Positions 46,641 to 56,061 of a stretch of DNA of 64,000 nucleotides are shown here, piece after piece. Position 1 is the stretch's first letter. Each line of letters opens with the position of its first letter. Location of the stretch: positions 62,001 through 126,000 of the IMG/VR virus record IMGVR_UViG_3300027816_000052; one strand, 5' to 3'. Below the pieces are notes generated by a model. The model saw only the letters and a list, made by a program, of their open reading frames with translations, searched no databases and had not been told where the DNA came from. The translations under genes were made by a program, and so were the position numbers.

Positions 46641-49514
46641 ATGATTAGTCAAGAAGAAATTAAGTCCTTTTTGGAAGGAAGTGACCCAGAAGAGTTTATT
46701 GTATCCGTAGAGTTCGATTACGTATCAAATTCGATTTTTAAAGTCAAAGAATTACCTAATGGAGATAAAAAAATACTCCAAGATAGATTTACCCCATTTG
46801 CGTGGGTTGGTGATTTAAAAGGTTTAAATTTTTATGAGAACTCAAAACAAAAACAAAAAGAAGCAATAAATAAACATGGTATTGTTATTGAGAAATTAAG
46901 AACTGATAGTAACCAGAGGCTTGAAAATGGTTTAAATTTTATTGTTAAATCATTAAAAGGTTACAGACAGTTAAAACAATTTTTTAGTGAAGGTGGTTTA
47001 GATATTTGGGGTTCAGCTAAAGATAAGGTTCTTATGTTATCTCCAGTAGAACAATACTTAATCTCAAAAGAAAAAAGACTATTTAAAGGGTTTGATGAAT
47101 ATAATGATATTACTAGACTAGTATTTGACTTAGAAACAACATCACTCGAACCAAAAGACGGTAGAATCTTTATGATTGGTATAAAGACCAATAAAGGTTT
47201 TCATAAGGTTATTGAGTGTTCTGATGATGACGCGGAGAGAAAAGCTATTTTAGAATTTTTTAAAACAATTGACGATATAAAACCAACAATTATTGCTGGA
47301 TATAACTCAGCAAACTTCGATTGGAACTGGATATTTGAGCGTTGCAAGATTTTAGGAATAGATATTAAGCAATATTGTAAGACCTTACATACTAAAGTTA
47401 GTATTACAAAAAATGAACAAGTTTTAAAGCTTGGAAATGAAGTTGAGCGTTACAGTCAGGTAACAATGTGGGGTTATAATGTTATTGATATTATTCACTC
47501 TGTTAGACGAGCACAAGCAATTAATTCAGGTATTAAATCTGCGGGTCTTAAATATATAACAAAATATATTCAAGCAGAAGCAAAAGACCGTGTTTATATC
47601 GACCATGACAAAATTGGACCAATGTATAAAAATAATGAAGAATATTGGTTAAATATAACAAATGGTCGGTATAGAAAAGCGGACAATCCTGAATTTAGTG
47701 ATTTGGATAAGAAATTTCCGGATGTTTATATAAAGACAAATGGTGTTGATATTGTTGAGCGGTATCTAGATGATGACTTGGAAGAAACCCTTAAGGTTGA
47801 CGATGAATTTAATCAAGGTTCATTTTTGCTAGCATCATTGGTACCGACCACTTATGAAAGAATTTCTACAATGGGTACAGCTTCCTTATGGAAAATGATT
47901 ATGCTTGCGTGGTCATATAAACATAAATTAGCAATACCTCAAAAAAATAGTAAACAAGATTTTGTTGGTGGTCTATCGAGACTACTTACGGTAGGCTACT
48001 CAAATGATGTGTTAAAACTAGACTATTCTTCGCTTTATCCATCAATTCAGTTGACGCATGATATTTTTCCTGATTGTGATATTACAGGTGTTATGAAAGG
48101 TCTTCTATCTTATTTTAGAGATGCTAGAATTCTATATAAGAATTTAGCTAGCGAACTAGCAGAAACAGACCCAAAAAAATCAAAATCTTATGATAGAAAA
48201 CAACTCCCAATTAAGATATTCATCAACTCAATGTTTGGCGCATTAAGTGCTCCGCAAGTGTTCCAATGGGGTGATATGGACAAAGGAGAACAGATTACTT
48301 GTACCGGTAGACAATACTTGCGACAAATGATAAAATTCTTCACAAAAAGAGGATATAAAATTCTAGTATTGGATACTGACGGTTGCAATTTTAGTTTACC
48401 TGAAGGTGTTGAATCAAAAAAATATGTTGGGAAAGGTCTAAACTGGAAAGTTAAAAAGGACAAAGAATATGTCGGCTATGATGCTGATGTTGCTGAATTT
48501 AATGACACTTTTATGTCAGGTCCAATGGCTTTAGATTGTGATGGTACATGGGTTTCTTGTATAAACTTATCAAGAAAGAACTACGCTACTTTGGATGGTA
48601 AGGGAAAAATTAAATTGACCGGAAATACAATTAAAAGTAAAAAACTTCCCCTATATATTGAAGGATTCTTGGATATCGGAATTAAATTACTCTTAGAAGG
48701 TAAGGGACAAGAATTTGTTGAGTATTATTATGAATATTTAGGAAAAATCTATAACAAAGAAATCCCACTTTCTAAAATTGCGCAACGAGCTAAAGTAAAA
48801 TTATCGATTGAGGAATATATTGAACGTTCCAAAAAGAAGACAAAATCAGGTGGGGCGATGAGTAGAATGGCACACATGGAATTAGCAATAAAGCATGGTT
48901 TAAATGTTAATTTAGGTGATGTTATTTATTATGTTAATAATGGGGTTAAAGCATCCGATGGTGATGTTCAAAAAGTCTCTAAAACCGGAATTAAAGAGAA
49001 TCCGACAAAGGATGATATGAAAAAATATATATCTAAGAATGGTTGGACTGAAGGTCATGGTACGGATAATTGGTTACCGCCCGGAAATAATAATGATTGG
49101 TCTTCTGTTAGTTTAGAAGAGGTGTATGAAACAGCAATTAAAACGGATGTTAAAATAAATTGTTATTTATTAGACCCAAAAACATTAGAGCAAAACGAGA
49201 ATTTAACCGGTGAATACAACGCAGCTAGAGCAATAACAACATTTAACAAACGAATCGAACCTCTATTGATTGTTTTTGATGATGAAGTTAGAAATAATCT
49301 ATTGGTTGATAATCCGGAAAAACGTGGATTATTCACTAGAGCACAATGTGAGTTAATTAATGGTAAACCTTTTGAAGAAGGGGACCAAGATACTATCGAG
49401 GAGTTGTTGACAATAAGTGATGGGGAAATTAAATTCTGGAATAAAGTTAATATGGACCCGAATTATATCTATAAATTAGCTCAACCGGGGTGGGAAGAAA
49501 AAATATCAACTTAA
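46641..49514 (+). CDS. family B DNA polymerase
   Basis: Exo motifs FDLET, YNSANFD, YLDDD; polymerase motifs DYSSLYPS, K...NSMFG, DTDG, KNYA. Confidence 0.95.
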   Translation: MISQEEIKSFLEGSDPEEFIVSVEFDYVSNSIFKVKELPNGDKKILQDRFTPFAWVGDLKGLNFYENSKQKQKEAINKHGIVIEKLRTDSNQRLENGLNFIVKSLKGYRQLKQFFSEGGLDIWGSAKDKVLMLSPVEQYLISKEKRLFKGFDEYNDITRLVFDLETTSLEPKDGRIFMIGIKTNKGFHKVIECSDDDAERKAILEFFKTIDDIKPTIIAGYNSANFDWNWIFERCKILGIDIKQYCKTLHTKVSITKNEQVLKLGNEVERYSQVTMWGYNVIDIIHSVRRAQAINSGIKSAGLKYITKYIQAEAKDRVYIDHDKIGPMYKNNEEYWLNITNGRYRKADNPEFSDLDKKFPDVYIKTNGVDIVERYLDDDLEETLKVDDEFNQGSFLLASLVPTTYERISTMGTASLWKMIMLAWSYKHKLAIPQKNSKQDFVGGLSRLLTVGYSNDVLKLDYSSLYPSIQLTHDIFPDCDITGVMKGLLSYFRDARILYKNLASELAETDPKKSKSYDRKQLPIKIFINSMFGALSAPQVFQWGDMDKGEQITCTGRQYLRQMIKFFTKRGYKILVLDTDGCNFSLPEGVESKKYVGKGLNWKVKKDKEYVGYDADVAEFNDTFMSGPMALDCDGTWVSCINLSRKNYATLDGKGKIKLTGNTIKSKKLPLYIEGFLDIGIKLLLEGKGQEFVEYYYEYLGKIYNKEIPLSKIAQRAKVKLSIEEYIERSKKKTKSGGAMSRMAHMELAIKHGLNVNLGDVIYYVNNGVKASDGDVQKVSKTGIKENPTKDDMKKYISKNGWTEGHGTDNWLPPGNNNDWSSVSLEEVYETAIKTDVKINCYLLDPKTLEQNENLTGEYNAARAITTFNKRIEPLLIVFDDEVRNNLLVDNPEKRGLFTRAQCELINGKPFEEGDQDTIEELLTISDGEIKFWNKVNMDPNYIYKLAQPGWEEKIST

Positions 49515-49841
49515 TTTTAAACCATCGGATGACATAATATACCAGTTATTCATCACTAATCTAAATTCAACACAAGCACCCTTTTCAATATTAATTTCAT
49601 CATATTCCTCATCTATGGAATTATTATCTGGTATAATTATCACGCTAGTTAGTGCTTTAATTGTTATGTGTTCAGTTGTTTTTGAATCTAATTTTATTTT
49701 ACACAAAGGAACATCTTTAACAACAATAAATGATTCACCATGCGTATTATATTGATTTTCAGATATAATAGCAGTTTCTGATACGGTCATAACCGTATTA
49801 TGTATAACTTTATTTACAGGTATACTTTTGAATATTGACAT
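49506..49841 (-). CDS. hypothetical protein (possibly structural)
   Basis: 111-aa beta-rich ORF downstream of the neck gene. Confidence 0.55.
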   Translation of the reverse strand: MSIFKSIPVNKVIHNTVMTVSETAIISENQYNTHGESFIVVKDVPLCKIKLDSKTTEHITIKALTSVIIIPDNNSIDEEYDEINIEKGACVEFRLVMNNWYIMSSDGLKLS

Positions 49842-49852
49842 ATTAAAATATA

Positions 49853-50968
49853 TTAAATACTTAAAATAGGTACAGGGAATGCGCGGAATTTTAATTCTTT
49901 ATTCAAATTCTCCGCTACCTGTGCTGCTTTTTCCATCACTTTTTCGGGTCTTAATCTTTCCAATCTTAATTTAAGCTCTTCCTCTAATTTAGATTTTTCA
50001 TCTTTAGCTTCAGTTAATAAACTCTGATAATCCATTGTTAATTCACTGTCTGGGGTCTTTAAATTACCACTAAATTTACCTCTAACTCTACCACCTAAAA
50101 CTTCTTTACAGTAAGCAACAAACCACCGTCTAACCCATTGTTGTGCTGGATTATTTAAATCACCCCAAGACAATTCCTCTAACGGAACATCTGAAGGTAA
50201 TTTTACAATATCTGGATTAGCTTTTAAACAAGCGTCTCTATCAGCACCTTCGACTTCGTAATACCAATACCAAACTCTGAATCTATTAACCGTGGAATTA
50301 CCAAAATCAAATCTACCGCCCGGAGTATTATATAAGTGAACTAATCTTTTACCGTCAGGCGCTGCGGTAATCCTATATGTTAAATCACCTTGGAAAAGTC
50401 TATTTTTAATGTTAATATCTTGTAGTCTCATTAGGATGTCAAATCCCGGAGTCATGAAGTAATTACCTACAGCCCCTAATTGAGCATAACCACCGGGACC
50501 ACCAAGACCGGGACCGCCCATAAATCCAAATGACCAAGGATCAAATAGAACGTTATTCATTTCTGCGGTAGTAAACCAAAGCAATTCATTTATTTCTCTA
50601 CCAGCAGGAATTTCATAAATTTGTTGATTTTTAACCAAATCGAAATAGTCTTTCTTTAAAACACTATCACCACCAGCTTGTAATCCAACAATTTTAGAAT
50701 ATGCATAAGTATATTGCGTTTCATAATTCATGCTTCTGGTAATCAAAGCCTTAGCAACAGACTGTTGGTCCATATTTAAACCAGCAAGAGTGGTCCACTG
50801 TGACTCAATCAACCAATCTTGTACATACTGAGAATAATCATTTATTGAGAATTCTAAAAAAGAATCCATCATTTCATCTTCTAATTCAACAGCACGAATT
50901 GGTGCTCCTAAAAGATGTCTAATTTTAGTATATAAACTACTTCTTTCTGGTTCTTGTATTATTGCCAT
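49853..50968 (-). CDS. neck protein, T4 gp13-like
   Basis: LGAPIRAVELEDE...WVRRW..A..KE.LG..RGKF....P...L..D...L..EA..E...LEEEL; likely start MAIIQ at 50968, after ATATTTAT. Confidence 0.75.
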   Translation of the reverse strand: MAIIQEPERSSLYTKIRHLLGAPIRAVELEDEMMDSFLEFSINDYSQYVQDWLIESQWTTLAGLNMDQQSVAKALITRSMNYETQYTYAYSKIVGLQAGGDSVLKKDYFDLVKNQQIYEIPAGREINELLWFTTAEMNNVLFDPWSFGFMGGPGLGGPGGYAQLGAVGNYFMTPGFDILMRLQDINIKNRLFQGDLTYRITAAPDGKRLVHLYNTPGGRFDFGNSTVNRFRVWYWYYEVEGADRDACLKANPDIVKLPSDVPLEELSWGDLNNPAQQWVRRWFVAYCKEVLGGRVRGKFSGNLKTPDSELTMDYQSLLTEAKDEKSKLEEELKLRLERLRPEKVMEKAAQVAENLNKELKFRAFPVPILSI

Positions 50969-51009
50969 CTTAATTGGTATTTCTACCAATAAATATCATA
51001 ATAAAAGAA

Positions 51010-52545
51010 TTAATCTAAAATAAATAATAAGTCCTTATCTTTAAAGATACAAACGCCCTCATCAATTATTGTGTTAGCGTTTGAAAATACATATGTTTTT
51101 TTGTTTTTTTCAAAAATTAACCAATCGGTTTTGTATTTTTTTATTGAAGATGACGGTACTATTTTAATGGTATTATTTTCGGTTACAATTTCTTTAGCTG
51201 GTTTTATTTGCGCATTTGCCACCAATCCATTAAGCTTAACTTGCACATCAATTCCTCCGCGCATATCATCACTATTACCGTAACCAGAAATTTTTGCAAC
51301 ATTGTTTTCACCAAATCGTTTAATTAAAGCATCCACCACTAAATTTTCAATCGAATCCCCCTTTTTTGTTGTCTCTGAAAGAGCGGTAATTAATTTTTTA
51401 AATGTTTTGGACTCCTTACTAAAAATTCTATACTTAAATAAATCAATATGTTCCATTAAAGTGGAAATCTGTTTTTTTAATTCTTCCTTATTTTGAGAAT
51501 TATTAAGGAAATCAATAGAATCTTTACCATTGATTTCTAAGACTTTATTAATGTCTTCAGTCAAAATCTTTAATCCTAAAATGTTTGTGTTTAATTTATT
51601 AAGGACAGACCATCCCTTTTTCTCAACATCATAAACACCGTGTATATCATTTATTATTCTAAAATTTTCATTAAAAACTTCAGAGAGAACATTACCAATG
51701 AAAACTTTATAACCTTCAAATAATTCCTTATTTTTTTTATAAACTTCTAAGTAACTTCCGAAGTTTTCTCTACCATAAGATTCTTCTAATATTTCAGAAC
51801 TATTATTCATACTCTCTTTAATATTTTCATTTTGTTGATTTTCTAGTCGTTCATTAATATATTCCCAATTAACGACTCTCCAGAAATTTTCAATATACTT
51901 ATCTTTCTGGTTTCTATAAGTAAGATAGTAAGCATGTTCCCATAAATCAAGTCCTAATAGGGGAAAACCGCCATTATCAACAATACCCATCAACGGGTTG
52001 TCTTGATTAGGTGTGTTCATTATTTTTAATGTACCTCTTTTTGTTAAAACCAACCAAACCCATCCGGAACCAAAACGTTCTTTTGCGGAAGCTTCAAATT
52101 TTTTTCTAAATTCTTTTATTCCACCAAAATTTTTTTGAATTATTTTAAGAATTGGACCGCTAGCTTCTTGTTGTTTTGGAGATAACATCTTCCAAAAAAT
52201 TGCATGATTATATGCTCCACCGGCATTATTTCTAATATCGGTGTTATATTGACTAATTGTTTTGACAATATGTTCTAAATCATCCTCTTTTTTTCCGCTT
52301 TTTGTTAAAGCATCATTTAATTTATTAACATAACCAATATAATGTTTGTTATAATGGTAACTCATAGTTTCCGGGTCAATAAATTTTTTTAGCGAGTCAA
52401 ACTTATACGGTAACTTTTCAATTGGAATTTTACCTTTTACGTTTTTAACCTTTTTTTCTTCTCGAAGGTAACCCTTTTTCATTTCTACTCTGTAGATTTC
52501 TTCCTCCAATCTGTCAATTCTATTAATTAAATTTTTCATGACCAA
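51010..52545 (-). CDS. Mn/Fe superoxide dismutase fused to a PD-(D/E)XK nuclease-like domain
   Basis: LPY..L...ID.ETM.YHY.KH..YV, NAGG.YNH..FW, FGSGWVWL, NQD, DLWEHAYY; C-terminus G...E...DDMRGGIDV.......QIKP. Confidence 0.85.
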   Translation of the reverse strand: MVMKNLINRIDRLEEEIYRVEMKKGYLREEKKVKNVKGKIPIEKLPYKFDSLKKFIDPETMSYHYNKHYIGYVNKLNDALTKSGKKEDDLEHIVKTISQYNTDIRNNAGGAYNHAIFWKMLSPKQQEASGPILKIIQKNFGGIKEFRKKFEASAKERFGSGWVWLVLTKRGTLKIMNTPNQDNPLMGIVDNGGFPLLGLDLWEHAYYLTYRNQKDKYIENFWRVVNWEYINERLENQQNENIKESMNNSSEILEESYGRENFGSYLEVYKKNKELFEGYKVFIGNVLSEVFNENFRIINDIHGVYDVEKKGWSVLNKLNTNILGLKILTEDINKVLEINGKDSIDFLNNSQNKEELKKQISTLMEHIDLFKYRIFSKESKTFKKLITALSETTKKGDSIENLVVDALIKRFGENNVAKISGYGNSDDMRGGIDVQVKLNGLVANAQIKPAKEIVTENNTIKIVPSSSIKKYKTDWLIFEKNKKTYVFSNANTIIDEGVCIFKDKDLLFILD

Positions 52546-52595
52546 AATAATTGTTACCTTTATTATGTGAAAGTCAACAATTATAAATAGTTTGA

Positions 52596-54371
52596 TTATC
52601 TAGAATTATTAATGAAAGAAAGAATTTCTTCAACTGAATCAACTTCATTCATTCCATCTCCCATAACAGTTCTCACTATTTGCTTTTTTCTATTTAGAAT
52701 ATCATAAATTTTACCTTCAATTGTATTTTCAAAAATTGGATAGTATACCAAAACTTTATTTTTCTGACCAAATCTATACGCCCTATCTTCTGCTTGAGCA
52801 TGATCTGCTGGGACAAAGGATAAATCGTTCATTACAACAACTTCCGCTGATGTTAACGTTAGTCCCACACCAGCAGCAATAATCTGTCCAACAAAAATCA
52901 TTGTTTTTTCATCGTTTTGAAACTTATCAACAGACTCTTGTTTTTGTTTCGAATTCATACTACCATCTAACTTAACCGCTTTATCACCAAAATGCTCATA
53001 AATTTTATTTAATGGTTCAATAAAGTTGGTAAATATTATTATTTTTTTTCCTTGTTCAAGGATATCTTCACAAAAATCAATTGTTGACTGTATTTTTTCC
53101 AATGAAATTAATTTTCTAACTTTCATTAATTTTGTAAACTGTACGGTCAAAGACGATGATTCTTCTTTTTTATTATCATACCAATCATAATATTCACCCA
53201 TAAAATTTTCATATTCTTTAGATTTTAATCTAAGATAGATTGGTGTAATAATTTTTTCAGGTAAATCTAAAATATCTTCTTTATGTCTACGTAAAATGTA
53301 TTTTGAAGTCCTTTCTCTTAATTCATCTAAATTACTAGCGCCACTAACATTCCATATTTTTCTTTTTCCGGCTTTAAATTGGAATCCATTACAGTATCGT
53401 TTAACATATGCCATCCAATTATTTGCAACAGGACAATCTATCAATTTTAATAAATTAAAATAATTAATCGGTCTAGACGTAATTGGGGTACCGGAAAGCA
53501 ACCAAATTTTTTTTATTTTACCTGAAATAGCTAAAATAATTTTAGTTCGTATTGTTTGTGAATTTGCAATTTTATGCGCTTCATCAATAATACATAAATC
53601 AAAATTTGAAATTATTAATTCGGAATTTTCAGGATTATCCGAATCATAGAAATTCTTTAGAATATCATAATTTATTATTGTATACGTGACATCATCTTCA
53701 ATCCAAATTTTACCATCAATTATTGCCACTTTATCATTAGTATATAATTCAATCTCTCGTTTCCAATTTATTTTTAATGATGCTGGACAAATTATTAAAA
53801 TTTTTTTTGCTTTAGACTCTAATGAAGCAATTATTGCTGATGTCGTTTTTCCAACACCCATCGAATCTGCTAAAATAAATTTATCATTCTTTAATAACGT
53901 CTCAATTGCAATTTTTTGGTGCTCTAACGGTGGACGATGTGCATATTTTTCATAATCAACTTCAACCTTTACGTTACTTGTTTTTAAAATCGCTACTTTA
54001 GGTAACCAAATATCTGTAAGCTCTTCATTTTCAAAAAATTTACCCCAAATATGATAAGATGTATCTTTTTCAACCAAAAGTTTTTCAACATATATTTTTT
54101 CAGGAATTTGAATATACGCTTTATCATTTGCAAATTTTTTTGCAAAATATATATCCAAATCAACCCATTTTTTTGCAACTTTTGGAACAATAGTTTCATA
54201 AGTAATAATATAATCTGCTTGAGTTCTGGTTGGATAAAATTTTTTATTTTTAAGGTATTTTTCCTTTAATTTTAAAATAAAATTATTCACCCCACGATAT
54301 TCATCAAGGATTTTTAACGCTTTTTGTTCTGGTATGTTGTTTATATCAATCAAACAAGTAATAATAATCAA
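52596..54371 (-). CDS. SNF2-family (HARP-like) helicase/ATPase
   Basis: LADSMGVGKT, CPAS, DEAH, LSGTP, GVGLTL, QAEDRAYRFGQ. Confidence 0.92.
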   Translation of the reverse strand: MIIITCLIDINNIPEQKALKILDEYRGVNNFILKLKEKYLKNKKFYPTRTQADYIITYETIVPKVAKKWVDLDIYFAKKFANDKAYIQIPEKIYVEKLLVEKDTSYHIWGKFFENEELTDIWLPKVAILKTSNVKVEVDYEKYAHRPPLEHQKIAIETLLKNDKFILADSMGVGKTTSAIIASLESKAKKILIICPASLKINWKREIELYTNDKVAIIDGKIWIEDDVTYTIINYDILKNFYDSDNPENSELIISNFDLCIIDEAHKIANSQTIRTKIILAISGKIKKIWLLSGTPITSRPINYFNLLKLIDCPVANNWMAYVKRYCNGFQFKAGKRKIWNVSGASNLDELRERTSKYILRRHKEDILDLPEKIITPIYLRLKSKEYENFMGEYYDWYDNKKEESSSLTVQFTKLMKVRKLISLEKIQSTIDFCEDILEQGKKIIIFTNFIEPLNKIYEHFGDKAVKLDGSMNSKQKQESVDKFQNDEKTMIFVGQIIAAGVGLTLTSAEVVVMNDLSFVPADHAQAEDRAYRFGQKNKVLVYYPIFENTIEGKIYDILNRKKQIVRTVMGDGMNEVDSVEEILSFINNSR

Positions 54372-54420
54372 TTAAAAATAATTAATCAATATTTTTTAAA
54401 TCAATAGAATATTTATAATT

Positions 54421-55539
54421 ATGAAAAAGATAAAATTAACAGAATCAGATTTATATAGGATAATTAAACAAGTTCTTTTTGAACAGGAGGAAGAAAAGAG
54501 AAGTTTTACATTTTCTCCGGGAGCATTTGCATCTTTTATAACATCATCATCAGGTGAAAGATTTGTTAAACATCTTAATAACAAATATGATGAGATTGTT
54601 GTTAATGGGGGTTTGGATTTACAAGGAACACCAATTCAATCCTTACCGGATAATCTTAAAGTTGGGGGATGGTTGGATTTACGAGGAACACCAATTCAAT
54701 CCTTACCGGATAATCTTCATGTTGGGGGAAATTTGGAGTTAGATGAAACACAAATTCAATCCTTACCGGATAATCTTTATGTTGGGGGAAATTTGGAGTT
54801 AGATGGAATACCAATTCAATACTTAGGGAATAATATTCATGTTAAGGGAAATTTGGAGTTAGATGGAATACCAATTCAATACTTAGGGAATAATATTCAT
54901 GTTGGGGGAAATTTGTATTTATATGGAACACAAATTCAATCCTTAGGGGATAATCTTCATGTTGGGGGAAATTTGGATTTATATGGAACACCAATTCAAT
55001 CCTTACCGGATAATCTTCGTGTTGGGGGATGGTTGGATTTAAAAAGAGCACCAATTCAATCCTTACCGGATAATCTTCATGTTGGGGGAGATTTGTTTTT
55101 AAGTAAAACACCAATTCAATCCTTACCGAATAATCTTCATGTTGGGGGAAGTTTGTATTTACAAGGAACACCAATTCAATCCTTACCGGATAATCTTTAT
55201 GTTGGGAGAAATTTGGATTTAAGAGGAACACCAATTCAATCCTTACCGGATAATCTTCGTGTTGGGGGAGATTTGTGGTTAAATGGAACACCAATTAAAT
55301 CCTTAGGGGATAATCTTTATGTTGGGGGAAGTTTGTGGTTAAATGGAACACCAATTCAATACTTACCGGATAATCTTCATGTTGAGGGAAGTTTGGATTT
55401 AAGAGGAACACCAATTCAATCCTTACCGGATAATCTTCATGTTCCAAAAATTATTTTAATTAAAACCACGCCATTAAGTGATAATTATGAATTGGTTCAG
55501 ACATATAGTGAAAAATATAAAATTAATAGTACTTTTTAA
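54421..55539 (+). CDS. LRR-like repeat protein (14 x 20 aa) with head-leader motif
   Basis: Near-identical leader/N-cap to 29139; repeats LxVGGxLxLxGTPIQSLPDN. Confidence 0.85.
   Translation: MKKIKLTESDLYRIIKQVLFEQEEEKRSFTFSPGAFASFITSSSGERFVKHLNNKYDEIVVNGGLDLQGTPIQSLPDNLKVGGWLDLRGTPIQSLPDNLHVGGNLELDETQIQSLPDNLYVGGNLELDGIPIQYLGNNIHVKGNLELDGIPIQYLGNNIHVGGNLYLYGTQIQSLGDNLHVGGNLDLYGTPIQSLPDNLRVGGWLDLKRAPIQSLPDNLHVGGDLFLSKTPIQSLPNNLHVGGSLYLQGTPIQSLPDNLYVGRNLDLRGTPIQSLPDNLRVGGDLWLNGTPIKSLGDNLYVGGSLWLNGTPIQYLPDNLHVEGSLDLRGTPIQSLPDNLHVPKIILIKTTPLSDNYELVQTYSEKYKINSTF
54601..55440 (+). repeat. 60-nt tandem repeat array, 14 units
   Basis: Lines 54601-55381 align in register. Confidence 0.95.
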
Positions 55540-55548
55540 TTATAAAAA

Positions 55549-56061
55549 ATGGAAAAAAAAGTTCCAATAACTAGAATAGGAAAATTTTTTGGAGGTGAAG
55601 ATTTCGCTTTAGATATTTCTATGGGTGAAGAATGGTTAGTAGGTGATATGAATTTTAAGTTAATTCTTTATAGAATAGATAAATATAAAACAAAAAATGA
55701 TGATGTTTATGGTGAAGCGGTAAAAGATGGAATAAAATTTTTACCGCCAATTGAATTTAATGCGTATGTTAAAGTTGTTCAGCCAGAAAATAAATTTCTT
55801 GGTCAGTCGATGGTATCACAAACCGAACCGGGTAATATGACGTTTTCTGTTTATCAAAAAACACTAGATGAACTTGGAATTGAAATTAATTTTGGTGATT
55901 ATATTGGTTATTATGAAACCGAAACCAGAGTTAGATACTATACAGTTAATAATGATGGTCGTATTGTATCTGATAATAAACATACATATGGTGGATATAA
56001 GCCGTTTTATAGGACTTATGTTGCGTCACCAGTAACAAATAATGAATTTAGAGGACTATAA
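55549..56061 (+). CDS. head closure/neck protein, gp14-like
   Basis: YRID..KT..DDVYGEA...; G.M.F.V....L.E......GD.I; position before the tail terminator and sheath genes. Confidence 0.6.
   Translation: MEKKVPITRIGKFFGGEDFALDISMGEEWLVGDMNFKLILYRIDKYKTKNDDVYGEAVKDGIKFLPPIEFNAYVKVVQPENKFLGQSMVSQTEPGNMTFSVYQKTLDELGIEINFGDYIGYYETETRVRYYTVNNDGRIVSDNKHTYGGYKPFYRTYVASPVTNNEFRGL

Noticed and set aside
29320-55440. Diversity-generating retroelement as the source of LRR variation
   Set aside because: No reverse transcriptase or non-coding template repeat in the window, and many adenines (including third-position A in TTA, GGA, CAA, ACA) are invariant, unlike adenine-directed mutagenesis. An RT elsewhere in the genome cannot be excluded.
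54601-55440. 60-nt arrays as CRISPR arrays
   Set aside because: Units are in-frame coding repeats with no unique spacers, and no cas genes are nearby.
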